Assembly: GCF_009914755.1 (NCBI RefSeq)
Contig: NC_060928.1
Length of the DNA: 64,000 bases
Source: the human T2T-CHM13v2.0 reference genome, Homo sapiens
Strand: one strand, 5' to 3'
Positions within the stretch are counted from its first letter, which is position 1, and each line of letters starts with the position of its first letter. This document shows positions 1 through 17,618 of this stretch, one piece after another. The position numbers were made by a program, and so were the translations under genes. The notes under the pieces are model-generated. The model had not been told where the DNA came from and did no database searches. It was given only the letters and a program-made list of their open reading frames with translations.

Positions 1-255
1 AAGGCAAGTCAAAGGAGAAAGAATAGCCTTTCAACAAATGTGGTTTGGACAAGTGAACATCTATATGAAGAAAAAGAAAGAAAGAAAGAAAAGAAAGAGA
101 GAGAAAGACAGAGAAAGAGAGAGAGAAAAAAAGGAAAGAAAGGAGAGAGAAAAAAAGAAAGAAAAAGAAAATAACTTTAACCTAACCCTCACAGCTTACA
201 AAAAAGTTAAAAAGAATCATAAATCTAAATGTAAAACTTAAAACTATAAAGTTAG
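1..255 (+). mobile_element. Old L1 (L1M) ORF2 fragment interrupted by a purine-rich simple repeat (67-171)
   Basis: TTTCAACAAATG...GGACAA...ACCCTCACAGCTTACAAAAAA resembles the 3' part of L1 ORF2; A/G tract in the middle. Confidence 0.55.
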
Positions 256-313
256 TCTTCAGTGGAATAGATCTAAAAAGTTAGATCCTTTCAGTCCATT
301 ACATTTTAAAGAG

Positions 314-473
314 AAAAAATTAAATTAGCTGGGCGTGGTGGCATGTGCCTGTAATCCCAGCTACTTGGGAGGCTGAGGCTGGAGAATTGCTTGAACCCAG
401 GAGGCAGAGCTGAGATCGCCCCACTGCACTCCAGCATGCGCAACAGAGCGAGACTCCGTCTCAAAAAAAAAAA
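314..473 (+). mobile_element. Alu right monomer (5'-truncated)
   Basis: AAATTAGCTGGGCGTGGTGGC...GAGACTCCGTCTC plus A tail. Confidence 0.85.
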
Positions 474-654
474 GAAGAAAATTTAGCAAAAAGGCAATCT
501 CCCCTTTAATTTAGAGGAACAATCGGGAGTAAAAAGGAAAGAAAACATACTGGGAAAAAAAGAATTGGTGAATCACATGGAGAAATGTGGCCTGGGAGAT
601 CTACCTGGGAACACGAATCCCCAGAAATAGCAGTGTCTTGACAGCCTTTGAACT

Positions 655-1480
655 CATTTATTCATTCACCAAATATTTACTGAGCCCCTTCTATATCTGA
701 GATTCTAAGTACACAACAGTAATCAAAAAAGAACCCATCTTGTTCTATACCCATGGAGATTACACTGAAGCAAGGGAAATAGGCTTTAGACAAATACTAA
801 TAAGTACATAATAACAACCTGTGAAAAGTGCTATGAGAGAAACAACAGTGTAAAAAAGTAACTAGGTGAGGTGATGGATGTGTTAGTTTGCTTGACTGTA
901 GTCATCATTTCACTTTGTGTATGTATATAAAAGCATCATGTATACCTTAAATACGTACAATACAAACTTTTTAAAAAGGGAACGGGAAAGGGGAGAAAAG
1001 AGGAAATAATAGATTATCATCCTAGGAAAGACCAAAAGGGAGGCCTGCTTTAAGTTGGGATGGGGATCAAGGAAGGTGTTCCTGAGGAGGGGTCAGAGCA
1101 GTTGAGCAGGAACAAGCCAGAGAAAGACTGATGGGGAGAGGGCTCCAGGCAGGGGTGGGCTACACATCAGACCTCAGCTGGAAAAGTGCTGAGGGAATAT
1201 GAGAAATGGAAATATAAGAGACGAATTGCCTGTGTGGATGGGGAGGGGTGGCATGAGATGGGGCCGAAGAAGACACCCAAGGGCTTTTATGCAAGGGAGT
1301 GACATGATTCAATGCAAGCTGTCAAAAATTTGCATTGTCAATGTATGAAAACTGGCCTTGTGAGAAAGTAAGGTAAGTGGTTGGAAAGTCTTGACAGAGG
1401 TCTATGGTGGACTTATTGGTGACATGTCAGTGAAGATGAGAAAAGTGAACAGATTTGAGAGGTGTTTTGAAAGCATTAGT
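655..1480 (-). mobile_element. L2 relic (with a short L1M 3'-end fragment at ~860-975)
   Basis: TTCATTCACCAAATATTTACTGAGC is the typical antisense L2 3' end; degenerate purine-rich L2-like sequence resumes at ~2470-3030. Confidence 0.55.
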
Positions 1481-1483
1481 TTG

Positions 1484-2433
<950 letters not shown>

Positions 2434-3068
2434 TGGCTTTTTTTTTTTCTACAAAGATGAAAATTTCATATGATTTGGTCTAACAGATTTCGCAGGACTG
2501 GTGAAGGAGTTGGAGGGAGGAGTTAGGAATAAGAATGACCCCCATGTTTCTGGCCTTAGCTGCAGAGCATATGGAAGTTTATTGAGATGGGGAAGACTGG
2601 GGGAGGGAGAGGTGCTAAGGTGTGGGGGTTGGTAGAAGAAGCTCAGTTGACAGATGTGAAGTTTGTGATATCCGTGTGATGTCCAAGTAGAGATGTCCAT
2701 GAGGCAGTTGTTACAGGATTTGGGAGCTCAGCAGAGAGTTCTAGCTAAGACACACATTTAGGATTTTTAGCATATTAGATGATATTGATATGTGGGAATG
2801 GATACACGCATCTAGAAGAAAGTTTAAAATGAGGAGAGAAGAGGGCCCAGCACCTCCAATATCTGGAGACTGGGTATAGGAGGAGGAGCAGCAAGAAACT
2901 GGAGAATGAGTCAGAGCTGCAGGAGGAAAACCAGGAGAGTGCAGCCTATGAAGGCCAAAAGAAGAGCAGGAGTCAACAAAAAAGAGAGAACGGTAGACTG
3001 TGTTGGATGCTCCTGAGGGGTCTAGCAAGAGGAGACATTGATTATTTGTTGTTTAAACTCCAGGTTAA

Positions 3069-3376
3069 GGCCAGACATGGTGGCTCACACCTGTAATCCC
3101 AGCACTTTGGGAGGTTGAGGCGAGTGGATCGCTTGAGCTCAGGAGTTTGAGACCTGCCTGGGCAACATGGTGAAACCCCATCACTACAAAAAATACAAAA
3201 ATTAGCTGGGTGTGGTTGCACACACCTCTAGACCCAGCTACTCAGGAGACTGAAGTGGGAGGAATTGCTTGAGTGCAGGAGGTGGAGGTTGCAGTGAGCC
3301 GAGATTGCACCACTGGATTCTAGCCTGGGCAACAGAGCAAGACTATGTCTCAAAATAAATAAATAAATAAATAAAA
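3069..3376 (+). mobile_element. Alu (AluJ-like) with (TAAA)n tail
   Basis: Dimeric Alu with GCTTGAGCTCAGGAG. Confidence 0.88.
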
Positions 3377-3879
3377 TCCAAAGTGAGAAAATATACCTGC
3401 TACTCTGTAAAACACAGATTTGGTAACATCACAGAAAAGAAACCCTACTATTGCTGTGAATGGATATAACAATATAAACATATACATTGTGTTTGCTCTG
3501 TGCCAGGCACTGCTCTGAGTATTTCTTATATATCCACTCATTTAATCCTCACCACTCCCAGTTTACAAACAGGACAAAGGTAAATAACTTGTCCCATGTC
3601 AAAGGGCTAAATGTAATGGAGCTGGAATTAAATCCAGGCATTCTAGCTCTGGGGTTAGTGCTATTAACTATTATACTCTCATGAATGATTGACAGATTCC
3701 TTAACAAATTTGAAAGCTGTCATTTGAAATACAGAATGTCACTGCTGATGCATTCAGATAGCTGCCAAAGGTGAAACAGTTTTCAGTTTAGAATTTTAGT
3801 GGATTTGCTATAAGGACGTGTTTGTGTGTGTGTCCACGTGTTTTAACTTCTCTAATCCTGGGCAGACCTATTGCCATAT

Positions 3880-4790
<911 letters not shown>

Positions 4791-5349
4791 AAATTCAATC
4801 TCAATCCTCTCTCTATGTTCCTGAGAAGAGTGTTAAAGTCAAGGAAGGGCCTTTTACTTTGACTCACAAGTCTACAAGACCTTCAACGCCTGGGTTAGAT
4901 CCTCTTTCCTCTGTCTCCACTTGGCTTCATGTACCCAATAAAGAAGATTTTGATGTCCTCAGACACCAAAATGTCAGTGGATTTCTTTGGGTCTTGTAGT
5001 TATAGGTAACTTCCTGTATTTTTCAATTTTTCTAGAATTAGCAAAAATTATTTTAATAATGAGGAAAGATATACCAAAACTCTTTTTCATAACCGTGGCA
5101 GCATGGCAACCACTGTTTGTGGGTTGCACAGCAGCCACTCCCAGACTTTGTCTTTCTTCCCAAAGAGCCTGAAAGAACCAGGTGCTCATCTTCCCAGTCT
5201 CCTTTGGTGCTAGAGGCAGCCATGCAATCAAATACCAACAAGATGCCAATAGATACGAAGGTAAGTCTGCTGAGAGGCTTCTGACCAAGAGTTTTCCTTG
5301 TTGGGAAGGAAAGAAGGAAGGAAGAAGAGCTCTCTCTTGTTTTGCTCCT

Positions 5350-5612
5350 TCTGCGCCCTGCCTTTGGTTGTGGACACGTAAGATTGTGATGTTTGGAGCT
5401 CTTTAGCCATTTTGCAACCATAAGGTAATGGGTTTACAGTTTAAAAAACTAAAGAAAACAATCTACTCAAAAATAAAAAGGAGGAAAGAAACAGAGATTG
5501 AAAAGCACTTGGCTTCTTGATATCATCATTGGTTGCTGAACCAACGCTGAGACTTCCCGTCTGTTGACTACCTGTTAACTAATTGACGAATGTCCGTATA
5601 GTTTAAACCAGC

Positions 5613-5643
<31 letters not shown>

Positions 5644-5673
5644 ACTCACAGCTGAAAGCATCCTAGCTAATAC
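5350..5673 (+). mobile_element. Old MLT1 LTR fragment
   Basis: GCCATTTTGCAACCAT...CAGCTGAAAGCATCCTAGCTAATACA terminus. Confidence 0.5.
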
Positions 5674-5710
5674 AGCATCTCTCTGGGTATTGAACATTCT
5701 CTTACTGGTA

Positions 5711-5950
5711 CAATCGTCCCTTCAGTATACATGGGGGATTGGTTTTAGGACCACTGCATATACCAAAATCTGCATATACTCAAGTCCTTCAGTCAGTGCT
5801 GTGGAACCCATGAGTGCCAAAAGGCAGCCCTCCATATACACAGCTTTCATGTCTTGCCAGTACTATATTTTTGGTCCATGTTTGGTTGAAAAAAAACCTA
5901 TGTATATGTGGACGTACATAGTTCAAATCTGTGTTGTTCAGGGGTCAACT
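5711..5950. mobile_element. MER2-like (Tigger family) DNA transposon
   Basis: CAATCGTCCCTTCAGTATACATGGGGGATTGGTT...GTTGTTCAGGGGTCAACTG termini. Confidence 0.65.
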
Positions 5951-6599
5951 GCACTTAGTTTTCCCATGCAGCTAAATTCAATTCTTCCCGCTGTAAATTA
6001 ATCCTTTTCCCTCTTTTTTTGTCACAGTGGGGACAAGACTTGCTGCTTATCAATCTTTGCAGTAGAGGGAATTCTGTGGCAGGCAGCTATCAGACTTGAA
6101 CTGCAATACCGGCTCTTCCTGGCTTTCCAGCTTGTGGGCCCCGCCTCCATAATCATGTGAACCATTTCCTTAAAATCAATCACCCCCTGTGACTTATTTA
6201 TATATATATGTATATGATCTGTTTCTCTGGGGAACCCTGACTAATACAATGATCTAAACCAATTTTCTGTTTTGATTTTAGCTTTGTATTACGGCAATTT
6301 GCTATCTATCCAAAAATCAATAAAATAGAATTAAAAACTCCCATGCATCTAGCACCCAGCTTCAACAATGGTTAATTTGCAACTTTTCTTTCTCATGCTA
6401 TACTCCCACCCACTTAACTACCTCCCATATTATTTCCAGGCCAACCCCAGACATTTTATCATTTTACCTATATACCTTTCAGTATGCATCCCTAGAAACT
6501 AATGACTTTTAAAAATATAACCACAATACCATTTCCACACTTAAAAATAATTCCTTAATATCATCAAATATTCCATCATGTTTAAATTTCCACCAATTA

Positions 6600-6929
<330 letters not shown>

Positions 6930-7568
6930 ATACTATGTATCATTTTTTAAAGTTAATACAGAAGTAGGACCTACTCATTGAAGAAGTTTTGGAAAACATG
7001 AGAAAGCACATAGAATAAAAATGAAAATCACCTGCAGTCCCCACCAGCCTATAAGATGCCATTGTATGATTAGAAAAAGATGGACCTTTCCAGCAGGCAC
7101 AACCTGTGCCAAGATGCCAGCCACCACTTATTGTCTCAAGTGGTACCCCCGCATCCTGCACAAACTGGGCCATTGTACACTCATGGCCCTGAATATTCCA
7201 CCAGTGTTTACATTTTGAAGTAGAGCCTTCCAGATTGTTTATGGATATAGGCATAATTTTTGTATAATCAGTTCCATGCTATACATTCTGTTTTGTAAGC
7301 AGCTTTTTTTTTTTCACTTAATAACAGACCATAGAGAGTGGAGCCAAGATGGCCGAATAGGAACAGCTCCGGTCTACAGCTCCCAGCGTGAGCGACGCAG
7401 AAGACGGGTGATTTCTGCATTTCCATCTGAGGTACCGGGTTCATCTCACTAGGGAGTGCCAGACAGTGGGCGCAGGCCAGTGTGTGCACGCACCGTGCGC
7501 GAGCCGAAGCAGGGCGAGGCATTGCCTCACCTGGGAAGCGCAAGGGGTCAGGGAGTTCCCTTTCCGAG

Positions 7569-7784
7569 TCAAAGAAAGGGGTGACGGACGCACCTGGAAA
7601 ATCGGGTCACTCCCACCCGAATATTGCGCTTTTCAGACCGGCTTAAGAAACGGCGCACCACGAGACTATATCCCACACCTGGCTCAGAGGGTCCTACGCC
7701 CACGGAATCTCGCTGATTGCCAGCACAGCAGTCTGAGATCAAACTGCAAGGCGGCAACGAGGCTGGGGGAGGGGCGCCCGCCAT
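7569..7784 (-). CDS. L1 antisense ORF0 (71 aa, intact)
   Basis: MAGAPPPASLPPCSLISDCC...RCVRHPFL, 71 codons from ATG (CAT at 7782-7784) in the L1 5'UTR; matches the known primate L1 ORF0. Confidence 0.8.
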   Translation of the reverse strand: MAGAPPPASLPPCSLISDCCAGNQRDSVGVGPSEPGVGYSLVVRRFLSRSEKRNIRVGVTRFSRCVRHPFL

Positions 7785-8239
7785 TGCCCAGGCTTGCTTA
7801 GGTAAACAAAGCAGCCGGGAAGCTCGAACTGGGTGGAGCCCACTACAGCTCAAGGAGGCCTGCCTGCCTCTGTAGGCTCCACCTCTGGGGGCAGGGCACA
7901 GACAAACAAAAAGACAGCAGTAACCTCTGCAGACTTAAGTGTCCCTGTCTGACAGCTTTGAAGAGAGCAGTGGTTCTCCCAGCACGCAGCTGGAGATCTG
8001 AGAACGGGCAGACTGCCTCCTCAAGTGGGTCCCTGACCCCTGACCCCCGAGCAGCCTAACTGGGAGGCACCCCCCAGCAGGGGCACACTGACACCTCACA
8101 CGGCAGGGTATTCCAACAGACCTGCAGCTGAGGGTCCTGTCTGTTAGAAGGAAAACTAACAACCAGAAAGGACATCTACACCGAAAACCCATCTGTACAT
8201 CACCATCATCAAAGACCAAAAGTAGATAAAACCACAAAG

Positions 8240-9255
8240 ATGGGGAAAAAACAGAACAGAAAGACTGGAAACTCTAAAACGCAGAGCGCCTCTCCTCCTC
8301 CAAAGGAACGCAGTTCCTCACCAGCAACAGAACAAAGCTGGATGGAGAATGATTTTGACAAGCTGAGAGAAGAAGGCTTCAGACGATCAAATTACTCTGA
8401 GCTATGGGAGGACATTCAAACCAAAGGCAAAGAAGTTGAAAACTTTGAAAAAAATTTAGAAGAATGTATAACTAGAATAACCAATACAGAGAAGTGCTTA
8501 AAGGAGCTGATGGAGCTGAAAACCAAGGCTCGAGAACTACGTGAAGAATGCAGAAGCCTCAGGAGCCGATGCGATCAACTGGAAGAAAGGGTATCAGCAA
8601 TGGAAGATGAAATGAATGAAATGAAGCGAGAAGGGAAGTTTAGAGAAAAAAGAATAAAAAGAAATGAGCAAAGCCTCCAAGAAATATGGGACTATGTGAA
8701 AAGACCAAATCTACGTCTGATTGGTGTACCTGAAAGTGATGTGGAGAATGGAACCAAGTTGGAAAACACTCTGCAGGATATTATCCAGGAGAACTTCCCC
8801 AATCTAGCAAGGCAGGCCAACGTTCAGATTCAGGAAATACAGAGAACGGCACAAAGATACTCCTGGAGAAGAGCAACTCCAAGACACATAATTGTCAGAT
8901 TCACCAAAGTTGAAATGAAGGAAAAAATGTTAAGGGCAGCCAGAGAGAAAGGTCGGGTTACCCTCAAAGGAAAGACCATCAGACTAACAGCAGATCTCTC
9001 GGCAGAAACCTACAAGCCAGAAGAGAGTGGGGGCCAATATTCAACATTCTTAAAGAAAAGAATTTTCAACCCAGAATTTCATATCCAGCCAAGCTAAGCT
9101 TCATAAGTGAAGGAGAAATAAAATACTTTATAGACAAGCAAATGCTGAGAGATTTTGTCACCACCAGGCCTGCCCTAAAAGAGCTCCTGAAGGAAGCGCT
9201 AAACATGGAAAGGAACAACCGGTACCAGCCGCTGCAAAATCATGCCAAAATGTAA
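8240..9255 (+). pseudogene. L1 ORF1p, frameshifted (1-bp deletion at ~9010)
   Basis: MGKKQNRKTGNSK start; ATG to normal TAA spans 1016 nt versus 1017 for a 338-aa ORF1; GAAACCTACAAG lacks one C; the shifted frame stops at 9097. Confidence 0.92.
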
Positions 9256-9294
9256 AGACCATCGAGTCTAGGAAGAAACTGCATCAACTAATGA

Positions 9295-13147
<3,853 letters not shown>

Positions 13148-14611
13148 ACAATGAGATCACATGGACACAGGAAGGGGAATATCACACTCTGGGGACTGTG
13201 GTGGGGTCGGGGGAGGGGGGAGGGATAGCACTGGGAGATATACCTAATGCTAGATGACACGTTAGTGGGTGCAGCGCACCAGCATGGCACATGTATACAT
13301 ATGTAACTAACCTGCACAATGTGCACATGTACCCTAAAACTTAGAGTATAATAAAAAAAAAAATTAAAAAAAAAAAAAAATAACAGACCATAAACATTTT
13401 CCCACATCACAAAATTTGCTTCCCAAGCATGACTCTCTGTGGCTACACAGGGTGCCGTGTATGACTATACTATAATTGGTGTAGCCAGTGAGAAGTTGTT
13501 TAAACCTATTGCCCTTGCAGTGCAATGCTATCTTAAAATACAGGCAAGAACATTATGTTCTTTTTGGTAGGAACATTAAAACATGCAGGGGAGTTTCTGC
13601 ACATGGATTGCATGACTATGAGGTTTTAAATTGATTCCACCCATTGGTTTGGGAAGACAGAGAAAGTATGCTTCCACTTAGTGCAACTCATGTCTTGCGG
13701 GGTGGAGAGAGCTGTCTCTTGATGCATTTAGATTCTTAGCTCTTCCATAGTAAACAAGAAGCTTCAGCGAGGGGCAGTGAGTCACAAAAATGGAACATAT
13801 TTATTTGTATGGTTATTCCCAAAGTGATACAACCAGGAGACCTAGGGTTTGGGGAGCCAACCTCAGCTGATGTGTGAGGCTGGCAGAAGGCCACAGGCAT
13901 GAGGGTTCTCTTGGACTGGCATTGCTGGGTGTCAGGGCATGAACACACCTCTCCCTGGACGAAAAAACCTGCTAATTGCCTTGTAAGAAACATCATCACA
14001 GACTCAAGGAGTTGACTAATGGATTCTCGGAAAATTGCCAGCTCATAATCTCTGTGCCTTGAGAATTGGGATAAACATTGAGGTCAATTGCAAAGCCCTA
14101 TTTGACCAAACCCACAGCCCACAGTCAGTCCAAAGCTAGAGCCCTAGTGTTTTCTATGCCAGCTCTTTTCATTTTTTCTGAATTCACAAAACTAAATGAC
14201 TCAGTTTAATGAAGGCATTCGGACTAGGGGAGGTTAAAGGGCAGATGCAAAGCAGGAATTCCTAACCCCAGAGGCCACTCCTAAGGGTCACGGTATTTGG
14301 TAAGTGTGTTGAAATACCTCAGATGGGAAGGCCACATACATGAAATCATCAGAAGGATGATTTCACATTAATCCACAAATTAAACTTTAGGAGGAGAGAA
14401 GGAGTCCATATCACTGGGCCTTGATGGAGAGCTTTTCTCAGGTAACAGGAAACACAGAACATCAAGTTCTCCTCAGAGATGACTCACATATTAAACATGA
14501 CCTGCTAGGTACTCTTGAATCTGAAACCACAATGAGCTGTCTCTCATCACTTCCAAGGAACCGCATTTTCTAGAATTTCACCCAGTTCTTGTATCAGAGA
14601 CACTATTGGAT

Positions 14612-15065
14612 GGTATGAGTTTTCTAGGACTGCTGTAACAAAATGCCACAAACTGGGTGGCATAAAACACCAGAAATTCCTTCTCTCACAGTTCTGGACG
14701 TTAGAAGTCTAAAATCAAGATGGTGGGCAGGGCCACACTCCCTCCAAAGCCTCTAGGGGAGGATCCCTCCTTGCCTCTTCCAGTTCATGGAGGCTTCATC
14801 CAGGTGTTCCCTGGCTTCTGGCTGCATAGCCCTAATGTCTGCCTCCTTCTTCATATGGGCTGTCTTCCCTCTGTGTATGTCTGTGTCCAAATTTCCCTCT
14901 TATTATAAGGAAACCAATCATATTGGGTTAGGGTCTGCTCTAATGACCACATTGCAACTTGATTGCATCTGCAAATACCTTATTTCCAAATAAGGTCATA
15001 TTCACAAGTACCAGGAGTTAGGATTTCAACGTGCCTTTTTAGAAGACACAATGTGACCCATGATA
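14612..15065 (-). mobile_element. MLT1 (MLT1B/C-like) LTR
   Basis: TAGGACTGCTGTAACAAAATGCCACAAACTGGGTGGC...CCAAATAAGGTCATATTC. Confidence 0.75.
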
Positions 15066-17618
15066 GCTGGAAAGTCGAAGGTCCAGAATTATAGATACAG
15101 CTGCATCACCAACTGCTGTGTGATCCTAAGCAAACTGCTTTTCATCCCTGGGCCCAGGTATCCTCATCTGTCCCCACAATTACCCTCATGACTCGCAGAT
15201 TCAATTTCTTTCAGATCAGTCAAAGGGAATAGACTCATTGTAGAAAGGGTCTACCAGGCGGGAGCAGCATCACAATGCTAGCAGGCAATGCCAGGACTGG
15301 TGTGGAGGGGTCTGTGTGATGGCCCGGGTGTGCCGAGTGGAGAATGAAGGGCACCAGGATACCCCCAGAAGTCTCTGGCTAAGGCCTTTTGTGGTGCCGG
15401 CAGCCACGCCATACACTAAAGAGCAACCAGCCAAATTGCCATGCTCCTTCCCCCTGGCCCTGTAGGCAGCCAACCCCTGGGACAGCAGTCATGATACTCA
15501 GTTCTAAGGCCCAACAAGCACAGCCAACAGCCTTTGGCTTCCAGAGCTCATCATGAAACTGACATGAGCAGGTGAGATCCAGTTGGCTTAAACAACTAGC
15601 GTAATCAATCCAGACTAAATATACCTCCCCTTGGCCCAGCTTAAATATTTAGACAGCCACAATGCCTGTGTGCAGAGGCAGTGAGTGGATGAGAAAGTTT
15701 TAGCTCTGGTGAGGCTGAAGGGACTTGACATGTTATTGAATCAAAGGCTGTAGAAGGTGAAGCTGGGGCCGCCACACATTCCAGGAATGCGGATATAGCA
15801 CTCTCAGTGTGTATCTGAGGCTGACAGGGTTTGACAATCTCCATCTGGGAACAATAACCTCGAGCAGCAGGCCAGGCCATGCTGAGGGCTGCTCTGCCTC
15901 CCTCCTGGCTCTGCCCCTCGTCTCTGGCCCTGAGCTGTGCACTCTGAGATGGATAGTGGAGGGGAAGTCCATGTACCATGGTCCTCTGCAGCACTGCTCT
16001 GCATGCAGGAGCCCTGGAGAAGCCAGGGGTGGGGGCCAGCCTCACCGAATGCTTGCAATTCCAGGAGCAGTGGGCTGAGGACAGAATCCATTTCCCCCCT
16101 CTGGGAGACCTGAGTGGAATGCCACAGGGGAAGGCAATTTGGGACGCTGACTGATCACCCAGCCAGCTGCAAAGTCTCCTAGCATCGGGTGGAGAAGCCA
16201 GGGGGTGGCAATGTGTTTACGTCACGTTTAATACCTTGGGCTATCTTTGTGTGAACGGGGGAAGTCAGGAGGCTTTCATCTGTGAAGTTCAAAGCACTGT
16301 TCACAAACTACCTCGGCTAATCCTCACTCTGATCTGAATTTTGTTGTGTAGTTAAACTGATCACAAGAATTTGGTGGATAGGGCTAGGGTGGGCCTCTGG
16401 GACAGGCTTCCCCATGCTTGGTTCCCACGTGGCCAGGCAGTGAGGTGGGGGGAGCGGGTTTATGGTGCAGAGAGTGCTGGAGCAGGAAGGAAGACCTCAA
16501 CACCACATCACACAGCCCAGGAGTGTCCTGCTTTATACGGGTGACACTGAGTGCAGGGAATGTGATGAGACATACTTTCCTGAGCTCCAGAATGACAATC
16601 TCTGACTACCTTCTGGGCATGTCCACAGGTCTTTCAAACACAGCCTGTCCAGAACTAAGCTCAGTGTCTTTCCCTATCTGGCTTTCTCCCTGCAGTACTG
16701 CCCTTAGCCTGGGTTTCTGGGACCCTGCCCAGAATGGGGGACATTGAGGCCCCCATTCTTTTCTCTTCTGGCTGTGCCCCTTTCCACAGGAACATCCCAT
16801 CACCTTCCACACCAACCCCTCAACTATGTTTATGCTCCAGGACCCCAGAATTCCCTGCCCAAACAGCTCCAGGCTTCTTACAGGGCCTATGCAGGCCTCT
16901 GGCACTGGTTTGTCCTCTGGAGGGTGCCATCTGCTGCAGGGGCAGTTCTTAGTGTGGATGGGGCATTGGCGGAGCTTGGCTGTGCAGACTGGAGTGCCAC
17001 TTGTTGGGCTCCTCATGGTGCAGGAAGACGGGTAGGCTTTGGGTCACTGGCCTCCATGGATAGTGTGGTCCCAGGTCCTGGCCTGTCACCCTGTATTATC
17101 CAGCTCTGTGACATATCATCATCATGTTTAAACCCCTCCTGCCATCTTGATCAGATCATCCTGATTAGCCAGTTACTAACTTCTCTTGATGCCACCTCCA
17201 CAACAGCTCTTGGGCACACTCCCTTCTCTCCACCCACACTGCCTCGGCCTCTCCTCTGTTCTCCTGGGTAAAGCAAAATAACAGCCTCCTCCCTGGTCTC
17301 CCTGCCTCTACACCTGCCCCTCCCCAATTCATTCTCTGCACTGTGACCAGATGATCTTTTGTCCTCTAATCTTGTGACTTCATTGTTATTCACAATCAGA
17401 ATAACTTCTACTTGACCTTCAGCTCCCAACTTGGAGGTCAAAGATCTACCAGTGAGGTACTGGGGAGCCTCACACTCCACCCCTCAGCACCCTACACCAT
17501 GCATGTGAATTGTCTATGACCCCCACTGGACTGTGAGCACCATGAGGGCAGTGTCATTGCTTGTGTTGGTTCTTGGGGTCACAATGTCCTATGTAATGCC
17601 TTGGGTAGGTTAGATGTT

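Noticed and set aside
38-241. K/E/R-rich 67-aa ORF
   Set aside because: Translation of a purine simple repeat.
13350-13400. 3' transduction carried by the L1
   Set aside because: The poly(A) runs straight into the TSD with no intervening unique sequence.
16418-17480. Cluster of 100-175 aa ORFs (similar clusters at 43431-43916 and 60036-60740)
   Set aside because: Overlapping on both strands, no domain motifs, often non-ATG starts, and partly L2-derived; consistent with chance ORFs.
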